Below the pieces are notes generated by a model. The model was not told where the DNA came from and made no database searches. It worked only from the letters and a program-made list of their open reading frames with translations. Shown here piece by piece: positions 1-56,860 of a DNA stretch of 64,000 nucleotides. The stretch's first letter is position 1, and every line of letters begins with the position of its first letter. Source of the stretch: the human T2T-CHM13v2.0 reference genome, Homo sapiens; the NCBI RefSeq assembly GCF_009914755.1, contig NC_060943.1; one strand, 5' to 3'. The position numbers and the translations under genes are program-made.

Positions 1-190
1 ACAAAATAAAAATAAATAAATAAAAAATTGTCCTACAGAAAAAATAATAAGATTATAAAGTGTGAGAAGACAAATACACTATAAAATTTGTACCAGGGTA
101 GAAGTAAAAAAACTAGCAGTTTTCTCCATTGAAATCCAAATATTAATTCAGTACTCATCTGCATGATTCTTTGCTTAAAAATAAAATGCA

Positions 191-468
191 GGCAGGCACA
201 GTAACTCTTGCCTGAAATCTCAGCACTTTGGGAGGCTGAGGCAGGAGGATTGCTGGAAGCCTGGAGTTTGAGACCAGCCTGGGTAACATAGCAAGCCCCC
301 ATCTCTACAATAAAAGTTTTAAAAATGAGCCAGGCATGGTGGCCTCCAGCTACCAGAGGCTGAGGTGGGAGGATCAGTTGAGCCCAGGAATTCAAGGCCT
401 CAGTGCACTATTATTGTGCCACTGCACTCCAGCCTGGAAAACAGAATAAGATCCTGTCTCTAAAAATA
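191..468 (+). mobile_element. Alu (old, J-like)
   Basis: Diverged dimeric Alu. Confidence 0.85.
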
Positions 469-835
469 AATGAGTAAATTAACTAAAATCAAATACATTA
501 TTTTTTAAATAAGTGGCACTGAATAGATTACATAGCAAAACCTGTGAGGACCTGTAATATACAGAGGAAATTTTATAGCTCTAAATTCATTCATTTGTTA
601 GAATGTTAAAGAAATTATAAATAAAGAAACCAAGCATATAACCCAAGAAGCTGGAGAAAGAATAACTACAACAAAAACCCTAAGGATAATGGGAGGGAAA
701 AATAATTTTAGAATAAAAAAAGCTAGATCAATCACAACCTAATGTTTTGAAAACAAAAATAGTAGCAGTTCTCATAAATAAAGGTATATGAACATGAATG
801 CAAAAGCGACATTACTCTAGAGACTTTACAGATTA

Positions 836-1027
836 CAGGTTGAGCATGCTTAATTTGAAAATTCAAAATCTGAAATGCTCCAAATTCCAAAACTTTTTGA
901 GCTCAACATTATGCTCAAAGATAATTTCAGACTTCTGGATTAAGTATGCTCACCTGGTAAATATAATGCAAATATTCCAAAATCCAAAACACTTCTGGTC
1001 CCAAGCATTTTGAGGGATACTCAGCTT
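836..1027. mobile_element. Tigger4/MER46-like DNA transposon remnant
   Basis: TA-CAGGTTGAGCAT...GGGATACTCAGCT terminal inverted repeats. Confidence 0.7.
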
Positions 1028-1909
1028 ATGTTTATTACGATTACATGTAACCTTTTAATAATTATTTTGAAAATTGAACATTTTAGTAAAAGGATTTTAA
1101 TCACCAGAACTGACTCAAAGTGGCATAGAAATGGGTATTATATGAGGGATATAAAGCAAAAACTATATCTAGGAAGGCTGGGGAAAAAAACCCTGTAGCC
1201 AAAGTCTCTTTTATACCCCCCAGTCAGGTCCCTTGAGTGAATATTCTGGCATTCAATCACATTTTGCATTGGAAAGAGCAAAAGATGAAAATATATCAGC
1301 ATTAGTATATTTTATGTCTTTTTAATTTGAGGTAATTAGATTTTTTAATTTTTAAAAAGAATGGAATAGGAATCATTAAAAACAGACTAAAGTAACATGA
1401 AATCTTAAGATGCTACATATAAAATACATCACTTTAAATATGAAACTAATTTTTAAAGTCCTGCAGATTAATCTGTTGGAGATATATATTGAAACCCACT
1501 TTCAGAGACATTAAAATGCGGGGTAAAAAGTGCATTTTAGAACTGATAAACTACTTCATCAATGATTTTAATGGTTCCTTTTCTTTAGATTTTCAAATTC
1601 GTTGATATTGGCAAACAGAATTGGCTTTCAGTTTTCAGTCTCTGTATATATATTTGTATTTCTACTCATAGTTTTATTTTTAAACCACTTTATTCCTCTA
1701 AATTGATTTGAAGGAGTCCCATTCATTTTACTTGTTTTTTTTTTTAAAAAAACCTTATCTGGGTTTTCTTCATGCTTTTGACTATTTTTGTTTGCTTTTT
1801 CTATTTCAAAAATATATTTCACTATTTTCTTTTTATTTGTGTGTATTTCTGTTGAGTACATGTGCTTGGTTAATATATTTTCAGTCTCTTTTAAATTGGA
1901 AGCATTTAA

Positions 1910-2250
<341 letters not shown>

Positions 2251-3514
2251 CCATAGTTTTTTAAAAATTAACTTCTAGATAATTATTATTTTAATCTTGA
2301 TTTCTCTTTGATTCACTAGTTACCTAGGTGTCTGTATGTTTGTGTGTGTTTCTAAATTTTCAAAAACCTGTGAAAAAAATTTAGCATATGAACTTATAAT
2401 GTGTGTGATCTGTGAAACTTCATTAAAAAGTTAAAACATTAATTTATTATTTGTGGCCAAATATACGTTAGGTTTTTAATACATTTTATAGATATATGAT
2501 GTGAAATAATATATATCTCTATAAAACACAAAGTTCTACTTAATTATATTAAGCTTCGTGATTATATTATTTAAATATCCTCTGATTATTTTGTTTAATT
2601 CTGAAAAGTGGGCACAAAACGCCCAGCTATATTGTTTCAAGGTCTTCTGTTAATATAGGGGTTTTACTTTTTATGTTTGGTTGCTGTATTTTTCACTGTG
2701 ATGTTGAATTCCAATTTCTCTAATATTGAAAATTCTGCTTTGGCCAGTAGAGCTGCACTAGGTCTGTTGTGTCAGCTTGTTCTAGGTATATATCCTTATA
2801 AACACCATATAGTTAGTGTTTTATTTTTAACCCAATTTGTTTTTGTATTTTAATTGGAGAACACCATATATCTATAGGCAGGCTTACTCAATTTCTATGA
2901 AATCACCTTTTAAAATATCTTTTTCTATTAAAGAGCAGAAAAGTAACTAAAATTCTCAAACTCTGTTGCTCTTTCCTATGTAGCTACTCGTCATGGTCAT
3001 TTAATGCATCGTTTCTCTTCATCTCTCTGTTCCCTAAAGATTGAAGTTTTCTAAGACTCAGCCTCTGACACATTTACTAATTATACTTAATTGTTCCTTG
3101 GTGATTTCACCCCCGTGGGTTTGTTTCCCTTGAACTCCACACTCACTACGTTCAGTAGCCTTCTCTACACTACTTGAATTATTTTTATTTAGGTATATAA
3201 AATACTGGTGGCAATAGCATAAATTCTAAGTGTTAAACTTGATGAAGTAATATTGTACACCTATGTAAGCACTGCCCAGACTGATATACATTTACAGCCT
3301 AAGGAGGCTTCTTTGTGCTGCTTTGCTATTAATATTCCATTGCCCAGAAATAGCCCCTCTCCTAATTTCCATAACCAGAGATAAGCTTACATGTTTTTCC
3401 ACTTCATGTAAATGGAATCGTACGCTGAACCCTTTTTGTGTCTGGTTTCTTTTGCTCAACATTATTTCATGCAACAATAAGGATGGCTCTCTCAGACATA
3501 ATATTCATTTTTAT

Positions 3515-4558
<1,044 letters not shown>

Positions 4559-4559
4559 G

Positions 4560-5550
4560 GAATATACTTTGACTTACTCATTCTTTCGTTGATGGGTATC
4601 TGTATTGTTTCTACAACTCTGGGAACCTTCTTATACATGTCTTTATGTAGACATATTTACTCTTTTCTATTGGCAGTATACTTCAGAATGGAATTGCTGA
4701 GTCAGAGATAGGCTATATTTAGTAAATGTCAGTTTTCCAAAGTGATTGTGCAAATTTACACTCCCACAAAGAATCTGTAAGGGTTTCATTTGCTGTATGT
4801 CCTCTTCACACTTAGTATTGTATAGTCATTCTAATGGGACTATACTAATGTATTAGTTACTAGAGTTATATATAGAAATATTATATAACTATTATATAGT
4901 TATATAAGTATGTAGAAAGTTACATTTTCACTTCCAATGACTAATAATGTTGAATACCTTTTCATATGCTTGCTTACTAGCTTTTTTGATATCTTGTATG
5001 CAGGGTTGGTAAGACTTTGGCCGTTTTAAATGCGTATCGTGTCTTTTCCTTATTGCTTTGTGTGAATTCTTTGTGTATTTTGGATCTGATTTGTTTGCTA
5101 GATATGTATGTTGCAAATGCCTTTTGCTTTGTGGCTTGCATTTCCACTCTCTTAAAGGTATGGGTTGATGAATTGGAGTTTTTAATTTTAATGAACTCCT
5201 GTTTATCAACCTTTTTCTATATATGGTTAGAACTTTGAGTCTTAAATGTTTGTGTGCGTGTGTGTGTGTGTTTCATGCCTACAAACTTATGAAGGTATTC
5301 TCTTTCTTCCCCTAGAGGCTTTATTTCACCACTCACATCTTGCCTGGGATTACAGGTGTGAGCCACCGTGCCTGGCCTATGATTACAACTTTATTATAGT
5401 GAAAGGATACATATTTCAACTAGCCACAGGAAGAGACACATAGAATGAAGTCTGAGAGAAGTTTGGTGTACAGTATGAGATTTAGTGGGTCAAGTTTAAT
5501 TATCAATACTGCTACGGATATCCAAGTTAATCCAGTATTATGTAATGAAA
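4560..5550 (-). mobile_element. Old L1 (L1M/ME) 3' ORF2 remnant; continues 3180-3475
   Basis: Diverged antisense L1 motifs. Confidence 0.6.
5344..5458 (+). repeat. 115-bp dispersed direct duplicate of 4007-4121
   Basis: Ungapped match, 8 mismatches, spans the Alu/MER21 junction. Confidence 0.9.
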
Positions 5551-6233
5551 AGTAAATTCTTTCCCCCCAGTTATATTCCAATTCTACCCGCCTCTCATCA
5601 CCTTTCCTGATGCCATCCTGATCCTAACCATGGTTATGTTACTTAGATGTTTATAATAACCTAATTTGTCTGTTTGTGTAGCTTTCAGGGCGTTCACAAC
5701 AGCATAGCCACAGTGATTTAGATGATATCACTCCAAGAAAATTTGAGCAACAAATAAAGTGGTATTGGATTATAACCCGAAGTATAAAATAAATATCCAT
5801 GCATTCATACTGATATGACTATATTATCAGATAAATAACTAAATAAATGGAGAAGAGATAAATCTCCAGTACAGAATTCTAAATAATTTATGTAGATATT
5901 CTGCCTTCAGGAAAGTGGAGCATAACCCCGCTCCTTAAGTACGTGCTGTGCATAGTGACTTCCAAAGATGACTGTATGGGAAAAGGGAGAAAAGACTAAA
6001 TTTACACTGGAGAAACTTGACAAACACTCCCTCACTCAGGTGATCAAGACCAACAAAAAGTCATCATGCTGATAGTATGAATCTTTGATATCTATGAGGA
6101 AAATGGCACTTTACCTCTGTGATCTTCCTCCTGCAAACAACCTCAGTCTAATCATGAGAAAAACATCAGTCAGATCTTAGCGGAGGAACATTCTACGCTA
6201 TACTGACCTCCTCAAAATAGTTAAGGTCATTTA

Positions 6234-6900
<667 letters not shown>

Positions 6901-8244
6901 GGAAGAAACTGTCACAGCCAACAGTAACCTAAGGGGAAATGATGACTAAATGCAATGTGTTCTCCTGCTTAGAATGCTGGAACAGAAAAAGGAAGAAAAG
7001 CTTAAAAACCTAAGAACATTTGGAATAAAAAGTGTAAGCTTTAGCTAATAATAATGTACCAATACTTGTTAATTAATTGTAACAAATGTACCATATAATG
7101 TAAGATGTTTTTAGTAGTAGGGGAAACTAGGTGTAGGGTATATGGGAATTCTCTCTATTGCTTTTATAATTATTCTGTAAATCTAAAAACTGTTCTAAAA
7201 CAAATTATATATTTTACAATAGAGAATGAAGCTGAGTATTCAAATTATTTATAAATAGTCATTCCTGTGTATCCACAGAGCCGGATTTATCATGATTTGA
7301 GTAATGTTATTACATGGAGTCATTTACATCTATGATATTAGATCCATGTTTTACAAAAGGAACACACGTAGAGCCCAGACCACTGTTTCCTGACATGCTA
7401 GGCTAAAAGTCAAGATTCGAGACTCAGAATCATTTTGGTCCTCTTCAACATTTTACTCCATCTAATGGCACACTCTACTTATTGGGTCTCCTGAACTCTA
7501 GAGCCAGTAACAGTGATCCTAAAGTCATTCTCATGATTTTGCCTGAGGTACAATTTAAATTCTTGGATGACTCCAAATCTGCAGAAATATTAATCTAGAA
7601 AAAATAATAGTTATGTGTACAGGAAAAACTGTAAATTTTACTACATGTGAAAAAGATTTCTGCTTATTAAAAAATACCAAAGAGGCCAAAAGATTAGGAA
7701 AAGTTACTGAAACAACATATGACAAACACTAACCTTAATATATAAAGAAATATATATATTTCTTAAATATGTAAAGAAATTTGTAATCAGTAAAGATGAC
7801 CAACAACGTGATGGAGAAACAGAAGAGTTTATAGTAACATGAACATGCCTGTTAAACATTTGAATAAATGATCAGTTTCTCATAACATAGAAATAGAAAT
7901 GAAATTATAAATTGTGCTGTCTTGTTTGATCAAAAGTTTGATAAAACATTTAATAGTATACATATTCCAGGGAAGATGTTTCCTGTTCTATCTCCCAACA
8001 CATACAGTGTTATTACCACAATATAGTGTCAAACCGTCAATGCAAAAATCTTTAATCTCCTTGCCCTGATGATATCTGTCTCTACAATATCCAGTACTCC
8101 CACGTCAATAAAATTTATACACCCATTTTCTGTTCCCACCTACCACACTAAATTCTTGTGATCTTTCTACTCTGCACTCTGAAATCCACAGTAACTTATT
8201 AGCATAATGCCCCCACCTTTTAAAAAAGCATTCTTAATTTGCCT

Positions 8245-10593
<2,349 letters not shown>

Positions 10594-10627
10594 TTACAAA
10601 TATATTAGACAAAATCATTCTAACAGG

Positions 10628-11077
10628 GTATTATGGGTTGAACTGTATCCCCTAAAAAGATATGCTGAAGTCCTAACCCCTGGTACCGGTAAATGTGACC
10701 TTACTTGGAAACAGGGTCTTGGCAGATATAATCAAGTTAAGATGAGGTCACCAGGTAGCCCCAATCTAACCTGACTGGTGTCCAAATAAAAGACATACAC
10801 AGAGATACACAGCGAGAATGCAATGTGAAGATGGAGGCAGAGATTGGAATGGTGTATGTAAAAGCCATGGAATGCCAAGGACTGCCAGCTGTTAACAGAG
10901 GTTAGGAAAAAGGCATAGAACAGATCCTCAGAGTCCTCAGAAGGAACCAAAACGATCAGCACCCTTGAGTTTAGATTTCCAGGCTCTAAACTATGAGAGA
11001 ATAAATTTCTCTTGTTTTAAGCCACCAAGGTTTTGGTACTTGGTACTTTGTTATCGTATCGTTTAAAAACGAATACA
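10628..11077 (+). mobile_element. MLT1 (MLT1C-like) MaLR solo LTR
   Basis: TATGGGTTGAACTGTATCCCC...GAGAGAATAAATTTCT...TTTTAAGCCACC. Confidence 0.8.
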
Positions 11078-11176
11078 TAGGAGAACCTTTGATAATATGT
11101 ATCCTAATTTGTTCTCCTTACCTGTTTTAAAAAAATTATTATAAAGGTTAACAAAATGGTCTTACTTTACTGTCAT

Positions 11177-34841
<23,665 letters not shown>

Positions 34842-35125
34842 TCTGTCCAATTCCAGTGGCTCAGGGGAAAGGTTGTGTTCACTGCTGTCCAGGGTTGGAA
34901 TCTGACCAGACCTCAGAGAGGTTTCCTAGAGACAGAGTTCTGGAGTCACAATCGCATAGTTGACAGGACCCCATACTCATACACAGAATGCCACATACAT
35001 TTAGGGACAGTCACACTTAAGGCGACATGCACGTCTCACCTGCCCACAAGGAGCCACACACGGCAACACAGTTACAATCACATACACACCATAGGAAACA
35101 CACAATTACAGCTGCACAATCGTAG

Positions 35126-35531
<406 letters not shown>

Positions 35532-35609
35532 CACAACCTCCACCTTTCAGGCCGCTCCGCCCGCAGGGGCCCAAGGCGCCAGCTCCCCATCGGTCTTCGG
35601 TATCCTCAC

Positions 35610-35965
35610 CTAAGCCCTTTCCAGTCATCCCGGATGGGAACTTGCAGACCTGAGCCAGTTCTCCTGGGGACCAAAATATCTCACCTCCCAGATCTAAGGG
35701 TCCCGCCAGGAGTGACGAAACGTTCGAATTCCTGCGAGAAAAGTGGCAGGCCACCAGGCCCTCTGGGAAATGTAGTCCAGAGCGGGACCCACGCCGATTC
35801 CTGTCAGCTCCTCGCCTGGGCCCACCCGAAACGGCTGCTCCCTCAACTCTCAACATCCAGCCGAGCCTCGGAGTTGCGGGTCGCCGTAGCGCTGCGCAAT
35901 GGAGATGAGCCTCCCGGGGAACCCGGCCCAAGCCTCACCCTCACACAGGAAAGCAGATGTGTTCT
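35610..35965 (-). other. ZNF829: ZNF829 non-coding first exon region (candidate donors at 35610, 35685, 35939)
   Basis: Several G|gtgag donors on the minus strand inside the CpG island; the TSS cannot be fixed from sequence. Confidence 0.5.
35764..35778 (-). promoter_or_regulatory. ZNF143/THAP11-type ACTACAnnTCCCA motif
   Basis: Plus TGGGAAATGTAGTCC = minus GGACTACATTTCCCA. Confidence 0.75.
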
Positions 35966-35967
35966 GG

Positions 35968-35975
35968 CCGGAAGT
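35968..35975 (+). promoter_or_regulatory. ETS/GABPA site CCGGAAGT
   Basis: Exact consensus at the centre of the CpG island. Confidence 0.65.
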
Positions 35976-35999
35976 TGAGTGGGGCCGCGGGGCCTGCTG

Positions 36000-36265
36000 G
36001 GAGGTGTTGTCCTCGGAAACGTCGCTGGCGCGGAGGGATGGTTCGGCGCTTTAGGCGTCTGTCACAGACCTATCTGCGGGTCGCCTTCACCCAGCATCTC
36101 AGAAACTGCGCGCGGGATGAACATTCGGGTGTTTCCGGCAGGTGACGCTGCCGAGTCCCCGCAGCAGGGGGCGAGCAAGGGACTCGCGGTTGACGGGACA
36201 CGGATCCTCTAAGGCCCAGAGTGTCCCGAGTAGCGGCAGTGGGGAGTGCTCAGGGTACGCTAATG
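36000..36265 (+). other. ZNF568: ZNF568 first exon (5' UTR; start approximate)
   Basis: Strong donor ATG|gtgagt at 36265/36266 at the edge of the island. Confidence 0.7.
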
Positions 36266-36714
36266 GTGAGTGGTTGCAGTTGATGGGACAAAAAACTGTG
36301 ATGGGAGTTAGTGTGGGTGTGTGGTTGTGTGTGTGAGTGTGACGGCACGAATAATCTGATGGGGTGATTGTGATATTTGGTTGCGCGGGATTATGATGAA
36401 ATGTGTGATATGTGTGTGATTATGATTAAGGCTGTAGCGAGTGTGAACGTGGCGAAGTGTGCGTGATTGTAATATGTCTAGTAGTTCTTGTCTTGAGCTG
36501 GCTTTTCTGTAGCATTTGGCACAGTTGGTAACGGCTTGAAAAACACTTATTTGTTTTCTACTGATCCTCCCTCCTTGTTGGCCACTCCTCTGTAGTCTTC
36601 TTTGCTGTCTTTTTTACCCTAGTAGCCCTTGGCCCTTTGTAATTTTCCACTATTCCTTGGCGAACTTTTCAGGTTCATTATTATCTTATGACTTGCTGCT
36701 TTTATGTATGTTAG

Positions 36715-37115
36715 TTAGCTATTGCCATGATAATAATTATGTCTAAAAACCACCCCTGAACTCAATGCCATACAACAGCAAGTCCTTACTCTCCTGTTCA
36801 CAGGCTTGCGCATTGACTGTGTTCAGCTGATCTAGGTGGGGCTTGGCTGAGTGGATAGGCTGCGTGACGAGTTAAGATCTGCGCCGCATGTGTTCTTTCA
36901 GGGTCTCAGGCCAAAAGGACATTTGTTGCCAGGGCATGCTCTGCTCCTGATGGGTCACCAGAGCGCAAGAGAGATTGCCTCAACCAGAGCAAGTCACATG
37001 GCTAAGCCTAAAATCAATTATGCCCACAGTTGGAGAGCAAAGTTACCTCGCAAAGAGTATGAATAATAATCTATTAGAGGGTGTGAGGAATTGGACTAAA
37101 ATTCCAGTCTACCAC
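36715..37115 (-). mobile_element. Old MLT1-type LTR
   Basis: TGTTAGTTAGCTATTGC...AAACCACCC terminal similarity. Confidence 0.5.
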
Positions 37116-37252
37116 CTTAAGAAACATACCTCTTTATCCTGGTGAATGCCTTTTAGTCCGGGTTCTCTTTTGTCTGATAATATTGCTTTTCAAGTTTTAT
37201 TGTATTTCTTAAGAATTTCATTTTCTAACCCCCTTGTGTCTTTATGTTTCAG

Positions 37253-37322
37253 ATCTGTGTCTTGTAAAGAGCATATTGCTGGGCTTACATCCGTTTATCT
37301 TGTTTGACTGTTATTTTAATAG
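37253..37322 (+). other. ZNF568: Candidate ZNF568 non-coding exon (70 nt)
   Basis: Acceptor tttatgtttcag| and donor AG|gtgagt. Confidence 0.5.
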
Positions 37323-37529
37323 GTGAGTATAGTTCAGTGGCATTTATCATGATTGCTCATAAAAAATGTTTTATTTTCTATTACGCCTTAAACATTTTTG
37401 ATTGACATATAATAGTTGCACATATATCTTTTTTTATTGTGCAAATTCACCTTATCCCTTTTTCTCCCCTAGGTTGGTTTCTGCTATTATCCTTTTTTAA
37501 TATGCATGCTTAACAAAACTCAACCTTAA

Positions 37530-37917
<388 letters not shown>

Positions 37918-37975
37918 TATTCTCTTCTAGTTTTAAATCCCCAAATTAGTAGTAGTAGCTCATTTATTCTATATA

Positions 37976-38274
37976 CAGTTCGTATCCAGGAGGGGTTGGT
38001 TTCAAGACCCCCCATGGATACCAGAATCCACAGATGCTCAAGTCCCTACATCCTTCTTTATACATTAAATCATCTCTAGATTATTTGTAATACCTAATAT
38101 AATGTAAATGCTGTGTAAATCATTGTTACACGTTATTGTTTAGGGAATAATGAGAAAAAAATCTGTACTGTACGTGTTCAGTACAGACACAACTGTAGTA
38201 GGCCTAACTGTATTTTTTATCTGAGGCTGATTGAATCTGAGGATGCAGAACCTGTGGATAAGGAGGACCAACTA
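37976..38274 (+). mobile_element. MER2 DNA element
   Basis: GGATACCAGAATCCACAGATGCTCAAGTCCCT...TAAATCATCTCTAGATTA. Confidence 0.8.
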
Positions 38275-38289
38275 TGTATACACACATGT

Positions 38290-38885
38290 ATATTTAATTG
38301 TGGTAAAATACACAACATAGAATTTACCATCTGAACCATATATAAGTGTACAGTTCAGTGGCATGAAGTACATTCACATTGTTATGGTACCGTCACCACC
38401 ATCCAGCCAGAGAACTCTTCTTCTTGCAAAACAGAAACCCAGTACCTATCAAACAATAACTCTGTACCCCCCTTTCCCCCGGCCTATGGCATCTACCATT
38501 CTACTTTCTGTCTCTGAATTTGACTATTCTAAATACTTCATATAAGCAGAATCATATGTTGTTTGTGCTTTTGTGACCCTGATTTAACTTAGCATAACGT
38601 CCTCAAGATTCATCCATGTTAGCATGTATTGGAATTTCCTCCTTTTTTAAGGCCGAATGATAAGTATGTCATATATGGATAAATATTTTGTTTATCAATT
38701 TATTCATCATTGGACACTTGGGCTGCTTCTACCTTTTGGCAATTGCAAGTGACACTGCTACAAACATGGGTATACAACTATCTGAGTCCCTGCTTTCAGT
38801 TTTTTATATATACATGTGGTAATGTCTGTTTTTAATCTTTGATTGTCATAGTGTTTTCGATAATGACTGAACCATTTTATCAGCA
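38290..38885 (-). mobile_element. L1MB-type 3' end
   Basis: TTTACCATCTGAACCAT..AAGTGTACAGTTCAGTGGCA. Confidence 0.75.
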
Positions 38886-39049
38886 TATTTTTGAGCACCT
38901 ACTATGAATATCAAAAACAGACAAAAATAAGTCTTTGTTTTCATGGAGTTTATGTTGAGGGGGGTGGGTGGACAGTATATATAACTAAATTATAGTCATG
39001 TGCCATATATGTATGGACTATATACATACATGACAGTGGTCCTGTAAGA

Positions 39050-39398
39050 CAGTGGTCCCCAGCCTTTTTGGCACCAGGGAGTGGTTTTGTGGAAGACAAT
39101 TTTTCCAGGGACTGGGGGATGGGAGGGTTATGGTTTCAGGATGAAACTGTTGTCCCTCAAATCATGAGGCATTAGATTCCTATAAGGAGCAAGCAACCTA
39201 TATCCCTCGCATGCACAGTTCAGAAGAGGGTTCACACTCCTGTAAGGCTGTAATGCCACCACTAATCTGATAGAAGGTGGAGCTCAGGCGGTAATGCTCA
39301 CTCACCTGCTGCTCACTTCCTGCTGTGTGGCCTGGTTCCTAACCAGGAACCAGTACTGTACCAGTACCGGTACGTGGCCCAGGGGTTGAGGACCCCTG
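39050..39398 (+). mobile_element. MER1 (hAT/Charlie) element
   Basis: TIRs CAGTGGTCCCCAGCC...GGTTGAGGACCCCTG; perfect 8-bp TSD CTGTAAGA. Confidence 0.88.
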
Positions 39399-40017
39399 CT
39401 GTAAGATTATAATGGAGCTGAAAAATTCCTGTCACCTAGTGACTTTCTAGCCAATATAACACTGTAGCACAATACCATTACTCATGTGTTTGCAGTGATG
39501 CTGCCGTAAACAAACCTACTCTGCTGCCGGTCATATAAAAGTATAACATAAAATTATGTACAGTACATAATACTTGGTAATGATAATAAATATGTTACTG
39601 GTTCATGTGTCTACTATACTATACTTTTTATCATTACTTTGGAGCATATGCCTATTTATTTAAAAAAAGTTAACTGTAAAACAGCCTCAGGTCCTTCAGG
39701 AGGTATTCCAAAAGAAGGCATTGTTATCATAGAATGTGATAGCTCTGTGTGTGTTATTGTCCCTGAAGATCTTCCAGTGGGGCCAGATGTGGAGGTGAAA
39801 GCCAGCACCAATGATCCTGGACACTGTGTAGGCCTAGGCTAATGGGTGTTTGTGTCTTAATTTTTAACAAGAAAGTTTAAAAAGTTAAAAAAAAATTTTT
39901 AAGAAGATAGCTTATAGAATAAGGATATAAAGAAAAAATATTTTTGTACAGCTGTACAATGCATTTTAAGCTATGTGCTACTACAAGAGTCAAAAAGTTT
40001 TAAAAAATTGAAAAGCT

Positions 40018-40346
<329 letters not shown>

Positions 40347-40861
40347 CTAAGGCTAATTCAACAATTTGAAGAAATAAAAATTTTATAAATTTAGTGTAGC
40401 CTAGGTGTACAGTGTTTATAAAGTCTACAGTAGTGTACAGTAGTGTCCTAGGCCTTTGCGTTCACTCGCCACTCACTCACTCAGAGCAACTTCCAGTTCT
40501 GCAAGTTTCATTCATGGTAAGTGCCCTTTACCAGTGTACCATTTTTTATCTTTTATATTATATTTTTACCATTTCTCTCCTGTGTTTAGGTATGTTTAGA
40601 TATACAAACACCTACCTTTGTATTGCAGTTGTCTACAGTATTCAGTACAGTAACATGCCATACAGGTTCGTAGCCTAGGAGCAATAGGCTATACCATATA
40701 GCATAGGTGGGTAGTAGGCTATACCATCCACATTTGTGTAAGTACACTTATATTTGCACAATGATGAAATTGCCTAATGACACATTTCTCAGAGCATATC
40801 TCTGTTGCAAAGTGATGCGTGACTGTATATATTAATAGTTTGTTAGAAAGTGATCACTGTC

Positions 40862-41231
<370 letters not shown>

Positions 41232-41729
41232 TCAAAACTTATTATAACTGAATGTTTTCTGTTTTATTTGTTCTATCATACAGGGCAAAAATTAGTCTAT
41301 TTTGTTACATATATTTTTTTTTTACCCTTTACCTAATAAAGACTCATAGCAGCTGCTAAATTAATATATTTTAATAGTCATTTCGTATATTCATCCAATA
41401 TTATTGTGACATGAGTATAATTGTCATTTCAGATGAAGAATCTTGGAATTCTAAATTGCAATTCTCCCTTAATTCAGTTGCCAAGATAATACAGAAATGG
41501 AATGGAATAGCTGGTCTTTGAATGAAACTCTCTTTTATGCCAAATTTGGGGTTGCTGCAAATCTGGGTGTTTTTTGACTCAGGTTTACATCTGTCACCTC
41601 ATCGAGCATACACCTTTAGACACAGAAGATATCTGAAGAACAGATAGGTAAACATCACTTGGTTTACGCCTCTGGTCAGTGTGTCCAGAGTGTGTGAATT
41701 ACAAATAAGGAAGATTAGTGTTTGAGGCT

Positions 41730-42215
41730 ATATTATCTATTAGTGTGTAACAAATTACCTCAAAAACTAGTGGCTTAAACAACAATAAACATTATCTCAC
41801 AATTTCTGTGGGAAGTGTCTTCACTGCGTATTTGGGCTTGGGTATCTCATGAAGTTGCAGTCAAGATGTCAGCCGGGCTGCAGTCATCAGAAGGCTGGGC
41901 TGGGGCTGGAGGGTTCACTTCCAAGATAGCTGGCTTCCAAGTTAGTGTTAGCTGTCAACAGGAGGCCTCTCCCTAGGGCTGGTTGAGTGTTGTCATGGTA
42001 TGGCAGCTGGCTTCCCTCAACATCCATGATCCAAATGTGCAAGACAGAAGCCCTAATGTCTTTTATAACCTAACCTTAGAAGTCACACACCATCATTTCT
42101 GCAATATCCTATTGGTTATGCAGGTCAAAGATACTCATGGTGGGAGGGATCTACAAAGGCATGAATACCAGAAGACGGTGGTCACTGGGGGCCATCTTGG
42201 AAGCTGGTTATCACA
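41730..42215 (-). mobile_element. MLT1-type LTR
   Basis: TGTAACAAATTACCTCAAAA..TGGCTTAAACAACAATAAACATT...GGGGGCCATCTTGGA. Confidence 0.65.
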
Positions 42216-42452
42216 GGGAGCCAGTGAGAAGGCACCAGGTAAATTAGATTTATATCCTAATCCACAGGTCCTGGTTCCACAAGGATAAAACACATCTGCA
42301 GTGCAAATAGAAGTCTGAGGAACAGGTGTCTTATCATGGAAGGAGACCTGACCTGAGACCTGCCTTAGAGGCTGGAGAGTCCTGAAAGAGAGTGGACCCT
42401 GGAGTTGCTGGAGCTTGTCTTGACCCTTCTGCCCAGAGCAGGCAGGGTCTGA

Positions 42453-56860
<14,408 letters not shown>

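Larger units (their letters stand above)
35540..36300. promoter_or_regulatory. CpG island / bidirectional promoter of ZNF829 and ZNF568
   Basis: Only CpG-rich non-Alu stretch in the window; lies between the divergent genes; donors face outward on both strands. Confidence 0.9.
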
